From the NCBI GenBank assembly GCA_964454975.1, contig CAYVVD010000007.1, positions 63,074-127,073 on the forward strand: a stretch of 64,000 nt of DNA, written 5' to 3'. The notes under the pieces were generated by a model, which was not told the DNA's origin, searched no databases, and saw nothing but the letters and a program-made list of their open reading frames with translations. The position numbers were made by a program, and so were the translations under genes. Shown here one piece after another: positions 27,162 to 35,261 of this stretch; position 1 is the stretch's first letter; the number at the start of each line of letters is the position of its first letter. The DNA is from an uncultured Hyphomicrobiales bacterium. Lineage in GTDB: Bacteria > Bacteroidota > Ignavibacteria > Kapaibacteriales > UBA2268.

Positions 27162-27740
27162 ATGAAATTAACCGGTAAAAAAGTCGGACTGCTTATAGAA
27201 AGTGATTTTTATGAACCGGAGATAGCTTACTACCAGCACCGGTTCATGGAAGAGGAAGTCGATCTCCGATTGCTCACAAGGCTTTGGGGACAGGAATCAA
27301 TTACTTTCACCGGGCATGAAAACAGGTTGAACACAATAACAGCGAATGAATCATTTGAAAATATTTCCGATGATGGGTTAGCGACTTATGAAGCAATAAT
27401 TGTCCCTTCCGGTATGGTTTCCGACAGGTTACGCTATACTGAAGACATTAACAAGATTCCTCCTGCAACAGAATTCCTGGGTCTTGCATTTGCTAATAAG
27501 AGTATAATCAAAGGGATAATATGTCATGGTTTGTGGCTTTGTGCTCCGAATACGGATTTGGTTAAAGGTCGCAATCTCGTTTGTCACAACAACCTGATTG
27601 GCGATGCAAAAGCATACGGCGCAAATTATGTAGATGAAGACTATGTTGTTGACGGCGATCTGGTTACTGCAAGAACCGGCGGCCATTGTCATCTGCTTGC
27701 GAGAACAATCATCGGGTTGATGTATGAAAAAGCGGGGTGA
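27162..27740 (+). CDS. DJ-1/PfpI family protein (paralogue 3, PfpI-like)
   Basis: ESDFYEPE, IICHG elbow, VVDGDLVTAR. Confidence 0.88.
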   Translation: MKLTGKKVGLLIESDFYEPEIAYYQHRFMEEEVDLRLLTRLWGQESITFTGHENRLNTITANESFENISDDGLATYEAIIVPSGMVSDRLRYTEDINKIPPATEFLGLAFANKSIIKGIICHGLWLCAPNTDLVKGRNLVCHNNLIGDAKAYGANYVDEDYVVDGDLVTARTGGHCHLLARTIIGLMYEKAG

Positions 27741-27753
27741 TTTTTTTATATCG

Positions 27754-27834
27754 TGCCAGTCTTCGACTCCGCTCAGACTGAAACTAATTGCATGTGTTGA
27801 TATGTGTCACACTGAGCGAAGTTGAAGTGTGGCA
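27754..27834. repeat. REP-like imperfect inverted repeat (CTTCGACTCCGCTCAG / CTGAGCGAAGTTGAAG type)
   Basis: 28-nt arms 27754-27781 and 27807-27834, 22/28 complementary by hand count. Confidence 0.7.
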
Positions 27835-27876
27835 AATCATTTCAGTTGATGGCTTAACCTAATACCATAAAAATAC

Positions 27877-27896
27877 GGGCGAAAGATTTTTCGCCC
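27877..27896. repeat. REP-like hairpin GGGCGAAA-GATT-TTTCGCCC
   Basis: Perfect 8-bp stem in the intergenic spacer before glgX. Confidence 0.55.
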
Positions 27897-27944
27897 AACA
27901 ATCGAAAGAAAAATGTTTTAATAAAATTATAAAAACTGAAACCA

Positions 27945-30017
27945 ATGCCACTATTTAATGTTACACGAGGAAAACCGCATCCGCAAGGTGCTACGCTGGA
28001 CGATAACGGGGTGAATTTCTCACTCTATTCCGAAAATGCCGATGGTGTAGAACTACTGCTCTTTGATAAAAATGACGATACAGTTCCATTCCAGACAATT
28101 CAGTTCGACCGGATGGAAAACCGCACTTTCCACTTCTGGCACGTATTTGTGGAAGGACTGAAAGCAGGTTGTTATTATAATTACCGTGTTTATGGCCCGT
28201 GGCAGCCGGAAAGAGGGCACATTTTTAACCCTGATAAGGCTTTGCTTGATCCATACGGCAAAGGGACAATTTATAAAATCTTCGACAGAGGGGCTGCCTG
28301 CAATCCTGATGACAATGTTGCTAAGGCGCTAAGGAGTGTTACGGTAGATACCCGTAGATATGACTGGGAGGGAGATAACTATCCCCGGACAGCACTAAAA
28401 GATACAATCATTTATGAGATGCATGTTGGGGGATTCACAAGAAACTCAAACTCCGGGGTAGCCAATCCCGGTACATTCAAAGCGGTTATCGAAAAAATAC
28501 CATACTTGAAATCATTGGGAGTAACGGCTGTGGAATTATTGCCGGTTTTCAGCTTTGATGACCAGACTCCTCTCAGGCACCTGCCAAACGGTACTCCACT
28601 TTTCAATTACTGGGGATATAGCACAGTATCATTCTTTGATCCACATTCATCTTTTTGTGTAAACCCACACGAAGCAGAGCATATTAATGAGTTCAGGGAT
28701 ATGGTGAAAGCTTTGCATAAAGAGGGGATTGAGGTGATTCTTGATGTGGTATTCAATCACACTGACGAAGGGAACCACAAAGGGCCATACCTTAATTTCA
28801 AAGGAATCGACAACACTACATATTATTATCTCGTAGCCGGGAATATGCAATTCTATTACGATTATTCGGGGTGCGGTAACACAGTGAAAGCAAACCACCC
28901 GCTTGTAAGTAAGTTCATCAACGATTGCCTTAAATTCTGGGTAGAGGAAATGCATGTAGATGGTTTTCGTTTTGATGAGGGGTCAATTCTTTCCCGCGGC
29001 GAAGATGGCAGCCCTATGGAACGCCCGCCATTAATCTGGGGGCTGGAGCTATCAGAGACATTCTCAGATACCAAGCTGATTGCTGAAACATGGGAAGCCT
29101 CCGGCCTCAATTTATTGGGCAGGTTCCCGGGCTACCGCTGGTGTGAATGGAATGGCAAATACCGCGATGCAATAAGAAGATTCGTAAAGGGTGATCCAGG
29201 GATTGTTGGCGAAGTTGCTACCCGGATTTCCGGAAGCGCTGACCTTTACCAATATGAACGCCATAAACCCATAAACTCAATCAATTTTATTGCCTGCCAC
29301 GACGGCTTCAATATGATGGATCTTGTTTCTTACAACGTAAAGCACAACGACCCGAACGGAGAGGATAACCGCGATGGTGTTAACGACAATCTTAGCTGGA
29401 ACTCTGGAATCGAAGGTGCTTCAGATAACGAGGATGTTAATAATTTCCGCAAGCGCAGGATTAAAAATTTTATAACAATCCTTATGCTATCGCAGGGTGT
29501 GCCGATGTTCCTTTCGGGGGACGAGGCGGGAAAGTCGCAGGATGGCAATAACAATGTCTATTGCCAGAACAACGAGACTTCCTGGTTCGATTGGGAACTA
29601 ACCGAATCAAATTCTGATCTGATAGAATATTTCAGCCGACTTGTCTCATTCCGGAAAGCAAATTCATTCCTCAGAAAGGATGAATATTTCACCGGAGCTG
29701 AAAATTCCCGCGGACTGAAAGATATTGACTGGCACGGCACAAAGATTTATCAACCCGAATGGAATTTTCCTTTCTCACGGGTTCTGGCATTTACTATGGG
29801 TGCCTTTGCAGAAGGCGAGAACGATATCCATGTGATGATGAACATGCATTACCAGCCCCTGGAATTTGAAGTTCCACAAATTGAAGGGCATAAATGGTAT
29901 CTTTTCTCTGACACATCAAAACCGGGGGGAGAAGAGTTTGACGACAGCTTGTCTGTTCCGGTTGAAGGTAAATTTTTAGTAAGCGATTCATCAATAGTCA
30001 TATTAATTTTGAAATAG
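27945..30017 (+). CDS. glgX: Glycogen debranching enzyme / isoamylase (GH13)
   Basis: GVNFSLYS, IIYEMHVGGFT, NYWGYST, DVVFNHT, DGFRFD, FIACHDGF, SQGVPM. Confidence 0.95.
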   Translation: MPLFNVTRGKPHPQGATLDDNGVNFSLYSENADGVELLLFDKNDDTVPFQTIQFDRMENRTFHFWHVFVEGLKAGCYYNYRVYGPWQPERGHIFNPDKALLDPYGKGTIYKIFDRGAACNPDDNVAKALRSVTVDTRRYDWEGDNYPRTALKDTIIYEMHVGGFTRNSNSGVANPGTFKAVIEKIPYLKSLGVTAVELLPVFSFDDQTPLRHLPNGTPLFNYWGYSTVSFFDPHSSFCVNPHEAEHINEFRDMVKALHKEGIEVILDVVFNHTDEGNHKGPYLNFKGIDNTTYYYLVAGNMQFYYDYSGCGNTVKANHPLVSKFINDCLKFWVEEMHVDGFRFDEGSILSRGEDGSPMERPPLIWGLELSETFSDTKLIAETWEASGLNLLGRFPGYRWCEWNGKYRDAIRRFVKGDPGIVGEVATRISGSADLYQYERHKPINSINFIACHDGFNMMDLVSYNVKHNDPNGEDNRDGVNDNLSWNSGIEGASDNEDVNNFRKRRIKNFITILMLSQGVPMFLSGDEAGKSQDGNNNVYCQNNETSWFDWELTESNSDLIEYFSRLVSFRKANSFLRKDEYFTGAENSRGLKDIDWHGTKIYQPEWNFPFSRVLAFTMGAFAEGENDIHVMMNMHYQPLEFEVPQIEGHKWYLFSDTSKPGGEEFDDSLSVPVEGKFLVSDSSIVILILK

Positions 30018-30025
30018 GAGATTAC

Positions 30026-32149
30026 ATGCAAAACATGCAGTTCACCTTCTCGGATCTGATCGCAGGTTATGTAAAAACCTTTGATTTCGCGAGCAATGTT
30101 TTCAAGCTCGCAACAAGCGACGGCCGTGAATACGATGTGAAAATCACCGAGGATTGCTTTGCGGAAATAGTTCGCAACCTCGGCGAGCCATTTATAGATG
30201 CCACCGGAACAATGCGAGATATGCTCCAGAAAGGGCGCTTCTTATTTGTTTATGGGGTGTTCTTCCCCGAAGGCGATAAGCCATTCGAAGCAAAACACAT
30301 TGTTTTTCTTGGGAGAACAGAAAGAGAATACCGTTTTGAAGACCCCAACTGGTGGGTAAAACAAATTGAACAGCTTGGAGATTTTTATATACAAGGGCAG
30401 TTTGGCGGTGGGGAAAAAATTGATTTTAAAATTTACCGCACAGAGCTTACTCTTGAGGGAACAAAAGAAGGCAAGGCACGCCAGGAAACTGATACTATTT
30501 CCCGACTTGTATATGGTTTTGCCTCGGCATACATGATTACAGGGAAGGATATATTCCTCGAAGCTGCAGAACGGGGTACAGAATACCTCCGCAAGCATTT
30601 CCGTGCTGAGGACCTGAATCAGGACATCGTTTTCTGGTACCATGCAATTGACATCGAAGGCGACACCATTAAAAAAATATTCGCTTCAGAATTTGGCGAT
30701 GATTACGATGCCATTCCATGTTACGAGCAGATTTATGCTCTTGCAGGTCCTGTCCAGACATACCGTGCAACCGGCGATAAAAGAATATACGACGATGCAA
30801 AAAAGACGTTAAACCTATTCAATAAATACTATAAAGACAACAAGTTGGGGGGTTATTTCTCGCATATTGACCCTGTTACATTTGACCCGCGCTCTGAATC
30901 ACTTACCCGCAACCGCGCACGCAAAAACTGGAACTCGGTTGGCGACCATAACCCGGCATATTTGATTAATCTATACCTGGCAACAGGTGAGCAAGAGCTT
31001 GCCGATATGCTCAAATACACATCTGATACAATTGTAGAGCGCTTCGGCGATTATGACCACAGCCCGTTTGTACAGGAAAAATTCCATGAGGACTGGAGCA
31101 AAGACCAGGAGTGGGGATGGCAGCGCAACCGGGCAGTTGTAGGGCACAACCTAAAGATTGCCTGGAACCTGACGCGTGCCTTCAACATGGAGAATAAATC
31201 AAGTTACCAGGATTTCGCTGCGAGGATTGCCGCATTGATGCCGCACAACGGCAGTGACAGGCAGCGCGGGGGTTGGTACGACGTAGTTTACAGGCTACTT
31301 GGCGATGGCGAAGATTTCCACAGGTTCGCATGGCACGACCGTAAAGCCTGGTGGCAGCAGGAACAGGGAATTCTTGCATACCTGATTCTACATGGTACTT
31401 ACGGAAATGCAGAATACCTGAAACATGCCCGTGAATCTACAGCTTTCTATAATGCATGGTTCCTCGACCATGATTCCGGAGCAGTTTACTTCAATGTGCT
31501 TGCTAACGGCATCCCTTACCTGATGGGCACGGAGCGTGAAAAAGGTTCCCACTCGATGAGCGGTTACCATTCTTTCGAGCTTTGCTACCTGGCAGCGATT
31601 TACTCAAATCTGCTAATTACAAAGAATCCGATGAACTTCTATTTCAAACCATACCCTAACCAGTTGCCTGGCAACACTCTCAGAGTAGCGCCTGATTTAT
31701 TGCCTGAAGGAAGCATTAAAATTGAATCGGTTTCTGTTAACGGCCTTCCTTACAAAGATTTCGACGCAGAAGCTCTGACTGTTAACCTGCCGGATTCAGA
31801 AGACAGGGTAAACGTTATTGTAAGAATTGCTCCAACGACAAGAGTTGATCATTTTGCATCCAGGCTTAGCATTGAAAATAATGAGGCAATTATAATTATT
31901 AACGGTGAGTTGGATGTTCGTGCTTTGCCTCATTTCAGAAAAGAGTTGGAAAACGCCTGTAATTGCACAATGCTGACTCTAGATATGTCTGCTCTCACTC
32001 ACTTGTCACCTGAAGGCGCCAGGGCGATTGTATTTGCAAGGCAAAAGATGGGAGTGGATGAAAAAATAACAATTAAGGGAGCTTCCGGGCAAGTTATGGA
32101 GCTTCTGCAATTGGACGAGTTCACCGAAGAAGTTGAATTGGCGAGTTAA
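30026..32149 (+). CDS. AGE-family (N-acylglucosamine/cellobiose 2-epimerase-like) protein fused to C-terminal STAS domain
   Basis: VGHNLKIAW, KAWWQQE, GYHSFE epimerase-like motifs; tail INGELD...LDMSALTHLSPEGARAI...GQVMELL is STAS-like. Confidence 0.8.
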   Translation: MQNMQFTFSDLIAGYVKTFDFASNVFKLATSDGREYDVKITEDCFAEIVRNLGEPFIDATGTMRDMLQKGRFLFVYGVFFPEGDKPFEAKHIVFLGRTEREYRFEDPNWWVKQIEQLGDFYIQGQFGGGEKIDFKIYRTELTLEGTKEGKARQETDTISRLVYGFASAYMITGKDIFLEAAERGTEYLRKHFRAEDLNQDIVFWYHAIDIEGDTIKKIFASEFGDDYDAIPCYEQIYALAGPVQTYRATGDKRIYDDAKKTLNLFNKYYKDNKLGGYFSHIDPVTFDPRSESLTRNRARKNWNSVGDHNPAYLINLYLATGEQELADMLKYTSDTIVERFGDYDHSPFVQEKFHEDWSKDQEWGWQRNRAVVGHNLKIAWNLTRAFNMENKSSYQDFAARIAALMPHNGSDRQRGGWYDVVYRLLGDGEDFHRFAWHDRKAWWQQEQGILAYLILHGTYGNAEYLKHARESTAFYNAWFLDHDSGAVYFNVLANGIPYLMGTEREKGSHSMSGYHSFELCYLAAIYSNLLITKNPMNFYFKPYPNQLPGNTLRVAPDLLPEGSIKIESVSVNGLPYKDFDAEALTVNLPDSEDRVNVIVRIAPTTRVDHFASRLSIENNEAIIIINGELDVRALPHFRKELENACNCTMLTLDMSALTHLSPEGARAIVFARQKMGVDEKITIKGASGQVMELLQLDEFTEEVELAS

Positions 32150-32171
32150 TTCATTTGCTAATCCGGGATTT

Positions 32172-32199
32172 GTAGAGATAAAAAATATTGTTTCTCTAC
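32172..32199. repeat. REP-like hairpin GTAGAGA...TCTCTAC
   Basis: 7-bp terminal inverted repeat directly after the operon. Confidence 0.45.
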
Positions 32200-32212
32200 C
32201 TTCTAAAACATT

Positions 32213-32527
32213 TTGATCAACATGAAAGTACTAATCATAAGAATTGGAAGGTTCCTCAAGAAGCCCGGCTTCACTATGTTTATGGGATTTATGCTCATAA
32301 TTGCCGGGATCATTGAAATTGCGGAAGTTGTAACTGTGGAGTTTATCGGCTTCGATGTGGAAACACACCATATAATAATACTCTTTGGTTTCAACCAGCT
32401 GATTCTTGCAATAAGCCACATGATAGAAGGCATGGAAGATGTCGAATTAATACGTGAAGAAGAGGAAATTGAAGAAGTTCAGAAAATTGAAAAGCAGGAA
32501 CTTGAAGATATAGAAAGAAAGAAGTAA
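32213..32527 (+). CDS. Small two-TM membrane protein with acidic tail
   Basis: Two hydrophobic segments then EEEEIEEVQKIEKQELED; followed by a terminator. Confidence 0.6.
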   Translation: MINMKVLIIRIGRFLKKPGFTMFMGFMLIIAGIIEIAEVVTVEFIGFDVETHHIIILFGFNQLILAISHMIEGMEDVELIREEEEIEEVQKIEKQELEDIERKK

Positions 32528-32545
32528 TATTTTATGCGATTAACT

Positions 32546-32573
32546 AAAGGGGGCTTATTATGCCCCTTTTTTT
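32546..32573 (+). terminator. Rho-independent terminator
   Basis: AAAGGGGGC-TTATTAT-GCCCCTTTTTTT. Confidence 0.8.
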
Positions 32574-32733
32574 GTTTTATTCATGGCTTGATAATTAATA
32601 TTAGGTTAATTTTCCTAAATTTGTTGATAGAATAAAGCTTTTGAATTATTTTCTGTAACTTTAATAGAAGGTGGATTGTCTATTGGGTAAGTAGGGTGCA
32701 AACAAAGAATTATATATTATTTATAACTAATTA

Positions 32734-35160
32734 ATGGGGAACTCTATGAGAAAATCCTTTACTCTTTTACTTGTTCTTGCATTTGTATTCTCAATTTTCA
32801 CATCCTTTTCCGGCTCGCCGAGGGCTAAGGTTGTTGAGGAATTTACAAACGCATCATGCCCTCCGTGCGCTGCTCTCAATCCTGCATTTTTTGATTTCCT
32901 TAATGAAAATATGAGTGACTATATTACTATAGTTTACCGCACATGGTGGCCCGGCTCTGATATTTTTTACAATCAGCACAAACCCATGTATGACCCGAGA
33001 ATTGCATACTACAGTGTTAATGCCGTTCCCCAGTTCTTTATGAATGGCGATGGCCCATACCAGCCTACACCAAATAATGTAATGGCACTTGCCCAGAATT
33101 ACGAAGGAGAAATTTCTCCAATTACGATTGATATTGATGAAACAAGAAATGGTACAAATGTCAGCTTTACAGTTACTGTTTCGAGTGACGAAGCTGTCAA
33201 CGGCAAAATACTGAGAATAGTTGCTATCGAGCAACACCACTATGCTAACAATGCCGGTACCAATGGCGAAAAGGATTTCTACTATCTTGCTCGCCAGATG
33301 TTCCCAAATGTTAATGGCCAGTCCATTAGTGTTCCTGCAGGTGGCTCGATTGAAAAATCATACGATTATACTATCCAGCCCGGATGGAACACTGATAAAA
33401 TGTATGTCGTAGCTTTTGTTCAGGACGACAATACAAAAGAAATCCTCCAGGGGGGAACTTCCCTCGAGCCGATTTCTGTTGAAATGAGTGTTGATAATCC
33501 TTACAATGAAATTGACCCCAACAGCCAGGTAAAACAGACAGTTACATTGACAAACGAAACAGATAATGCTATCACAACCAAGGTTAGTATTGACACAGAT
33601 AACTCGAACATACCACAGGGATGGTCGGCAACCGTAAGCCCGGAAACTGTTTATGTTCCTGCAAACAGCACAGCTACAACTGATGTAACAATCAGGTCAA
33701 ATGGAAATGCAGCCTTTGCAGTTACAGTTATTAAAAATGACCCTCAGAGTGGTGGTTTAGTTTCATCTAAAGATGCAGAGGTCTATGCTCTTGCCACTAA
33801 CACAAAATATGCAATTTGGTATGGTGCAAACGGTAATATTGGCCTGTTTATAAATGAGATGCTCTCTCATCCGAAGTATGGGGGCGAAACTGCTTACATG
33901 CCTATGAATACAGCATTGTATGATAACTATGATACTCAGGCATTCGATGTTTCTTTCTATTCGTTTGATGGTTTTTCACCATTTTGGATTGGCACTGACG
34001 GAACAGTGCAACAGGCTGTCAGGGACGACATCCAAAACAGGATTAATGCCGGAAAAGATGTTTATATCTCTTCGGAAGTTGACCTTACTATTGCACATGA
34101 CCAAAACGGCGGAGCAAATGCACGCGCTTTCTTTACTAATGTATTAGGTGTCGAGCCTGTTGGCATATATACACTTCACGAACAAACTAATGGCCAGATA
34201 ACAGGACTTCGCTATACAACAGTCGGAGGCGTTGCAAACGACCCGATTAGCTCTTCATGGAATGACTTTACAATCAATCAGAATTACAATCAACAGACAC
34301 ATCCATACTTCATTTTATACGGGCAGGCTATGAAAGTTGCTGCGGGCAGTAATGCTGTACCTTTCATTCAGTATGCTACCAGCGGAAATGAAGCAGCAGC
34401 TGTCAGATTGGAAAAGGGTGATGCAAGAGTCGTATTTCTTGGATTTGGAATTGAAGCTATTGGGAACCAGGGCACAAGAACTTCGGTGTTCAACAGCATT
34501 ATGAACTGGCTTACAGCAGCTCCTGCTCAGACAGCTCCTGAGATTGCCCTTACAAAAACATCACTCGACTTCGGCAAAATTAAAATTGACGAAGAAAAAG
34601 AAATGAGTTTCCAGATAAGGAATGAAGGAGACGCAAAGCTTGTTGTAAACGCAATTGAATTGCAGGACCTCAACTTAGTTTTTGAGCTTGCTGACCTACC
34701 TTCATTTCCAATAACTATTGATCCTGCTGAACCCTATACAATCAAAGTTAAGTTCAGCCCGATTGCAGAAGCTGTTTTTGACGGTAAAGTAACTATTACT
34801 TCTAATGATTCAGATGAAAGTTCACTCGAAGTAACATTGAAAGGTGAGGGTGAAAAATTAATCAACAGTGTAGAACCAGGTGTTGCAGGAGATGAGAATG
34901 TTCTCACAATAAGCGCAGGCCCTAATCCTTTTGCAGAATTGACAACAATTACCTATAATGTTGGTTCAAAGGCCGGGAGTTCTATCAACATCTACTTGAT
35001 TGATGCCAGCGGAAGGACTGTTGAAACAATAATCAGCAATGGCACTCCGGTAAGCGGAACTGCTGAATTTAATGCCGGCTTATTACCGTCAGGAGCTTAC
35101 TTTATTGTTGGCGAAACTAACGGTTACAGGACACAGCTTCCGGTTGTGATTAACAAATAA
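32734..35160 (+). CDS. T9SS cargo: Omp28/thioredoxin-like domain + choice-of-anchor D (ASH) domain + CTD
   Basis: VVEEFTNASCPPC, VNAVP, VVAFVQDD..KEILQ, LDFGKI...IRNEGDAKL, CTD GPNPF...SGAYFI. Confidence 0.85.
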   Translation: MGNSMRKSFTLLLVLAFVFSIFTSFSGSPRAKVVEEFTNASCPPCAALNPAFFDFLNENMSDYITIVYRTWWPGSDIFYNQHKPMYDPRIAYYSVNAVPQFFMNGDGPYQPTPNNVMALAQNYEGEISPITIDIDETRNGTNVSFTVTVSSDEAVNGKILRIVAIEQHHYANNAGTNGEKDFYYLARQMFPNVNGQSISVPAGGSIEKSYDYTIQPGWNTDKMYVVAFVQDDNTKEILQGGTSLEPISVEMSVDNPYNEIDPNSQVKQTVTLTNETDNAITTKVSIDTDNSNIPQGWSATVSPETVYVPANSTATTDVTIRSNGNAAFAVTVIKNDPQSGGLVSSKDAEVYALATNTKYAIWYGANGNIGLFINEMLSHPKYGGETAYMPMNTALYDNYDTQAFDVSFYSFDGFSPFWIGTDGTVQQAVRDDIQNRINAGKDVYISSEVDLTIAHDQNGGANARAFFTNVLGVEPVGIYTLHEQTNGQITGLRYTTVGGVANDPISSSWNDFTINQNYNQQTHPYFILYGQAMKVAAGSNAVPFIQYATSGNEAAAVRLEKGDARVVFLGFGIEAIGNQGTRTSVFNSIMNWLTAAPAQTAPEIALTKTSLDFGKIKIDEEKEMSFQIRNEGDAKLVVNAIELQDLNLVFELADLPSFPITIDPAEPYTIKVKFSPIAEAVFDGKVTITSNDSDESSLEVTLKGEGEKLINSVEPGVAGDENVLTISAGPNPFAELTTITYNVGSKAGSSINIYLIDASGRTVETIISNGTPVSGTAEFNAGLLPSGAYFIVGETNGYRTQLPVVINK

Positions 35161-35194
35161 ACGGCATCGCCGAAAGATATTGGTAATTAAAATT

Positions 35195-35220
35195 CAGCCG
35201 GATATAACCCTATCCGGCTG
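35195..35220 (+). terminator. Stem-loop between tandem T9SS genes
   Basis: CAGCCGGATA-TAACCC-TATCCGGCTG perfect 10-bp stem; weak U-tract. Confidence 0.6.
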
Positions 35221-35261
35221 TATTATAAAAGGCAATAAGTATTAATATAAAGGAGATTATA

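Noticed and set aside
19396-32149. 12-gene operon as a tRNA-His-integrated island
   Set aside because: The operon lies on the 5' side of the tRNA, no integrase is present, and I found no duplicated tRNA 3' end; no obvious compositional break by eye.
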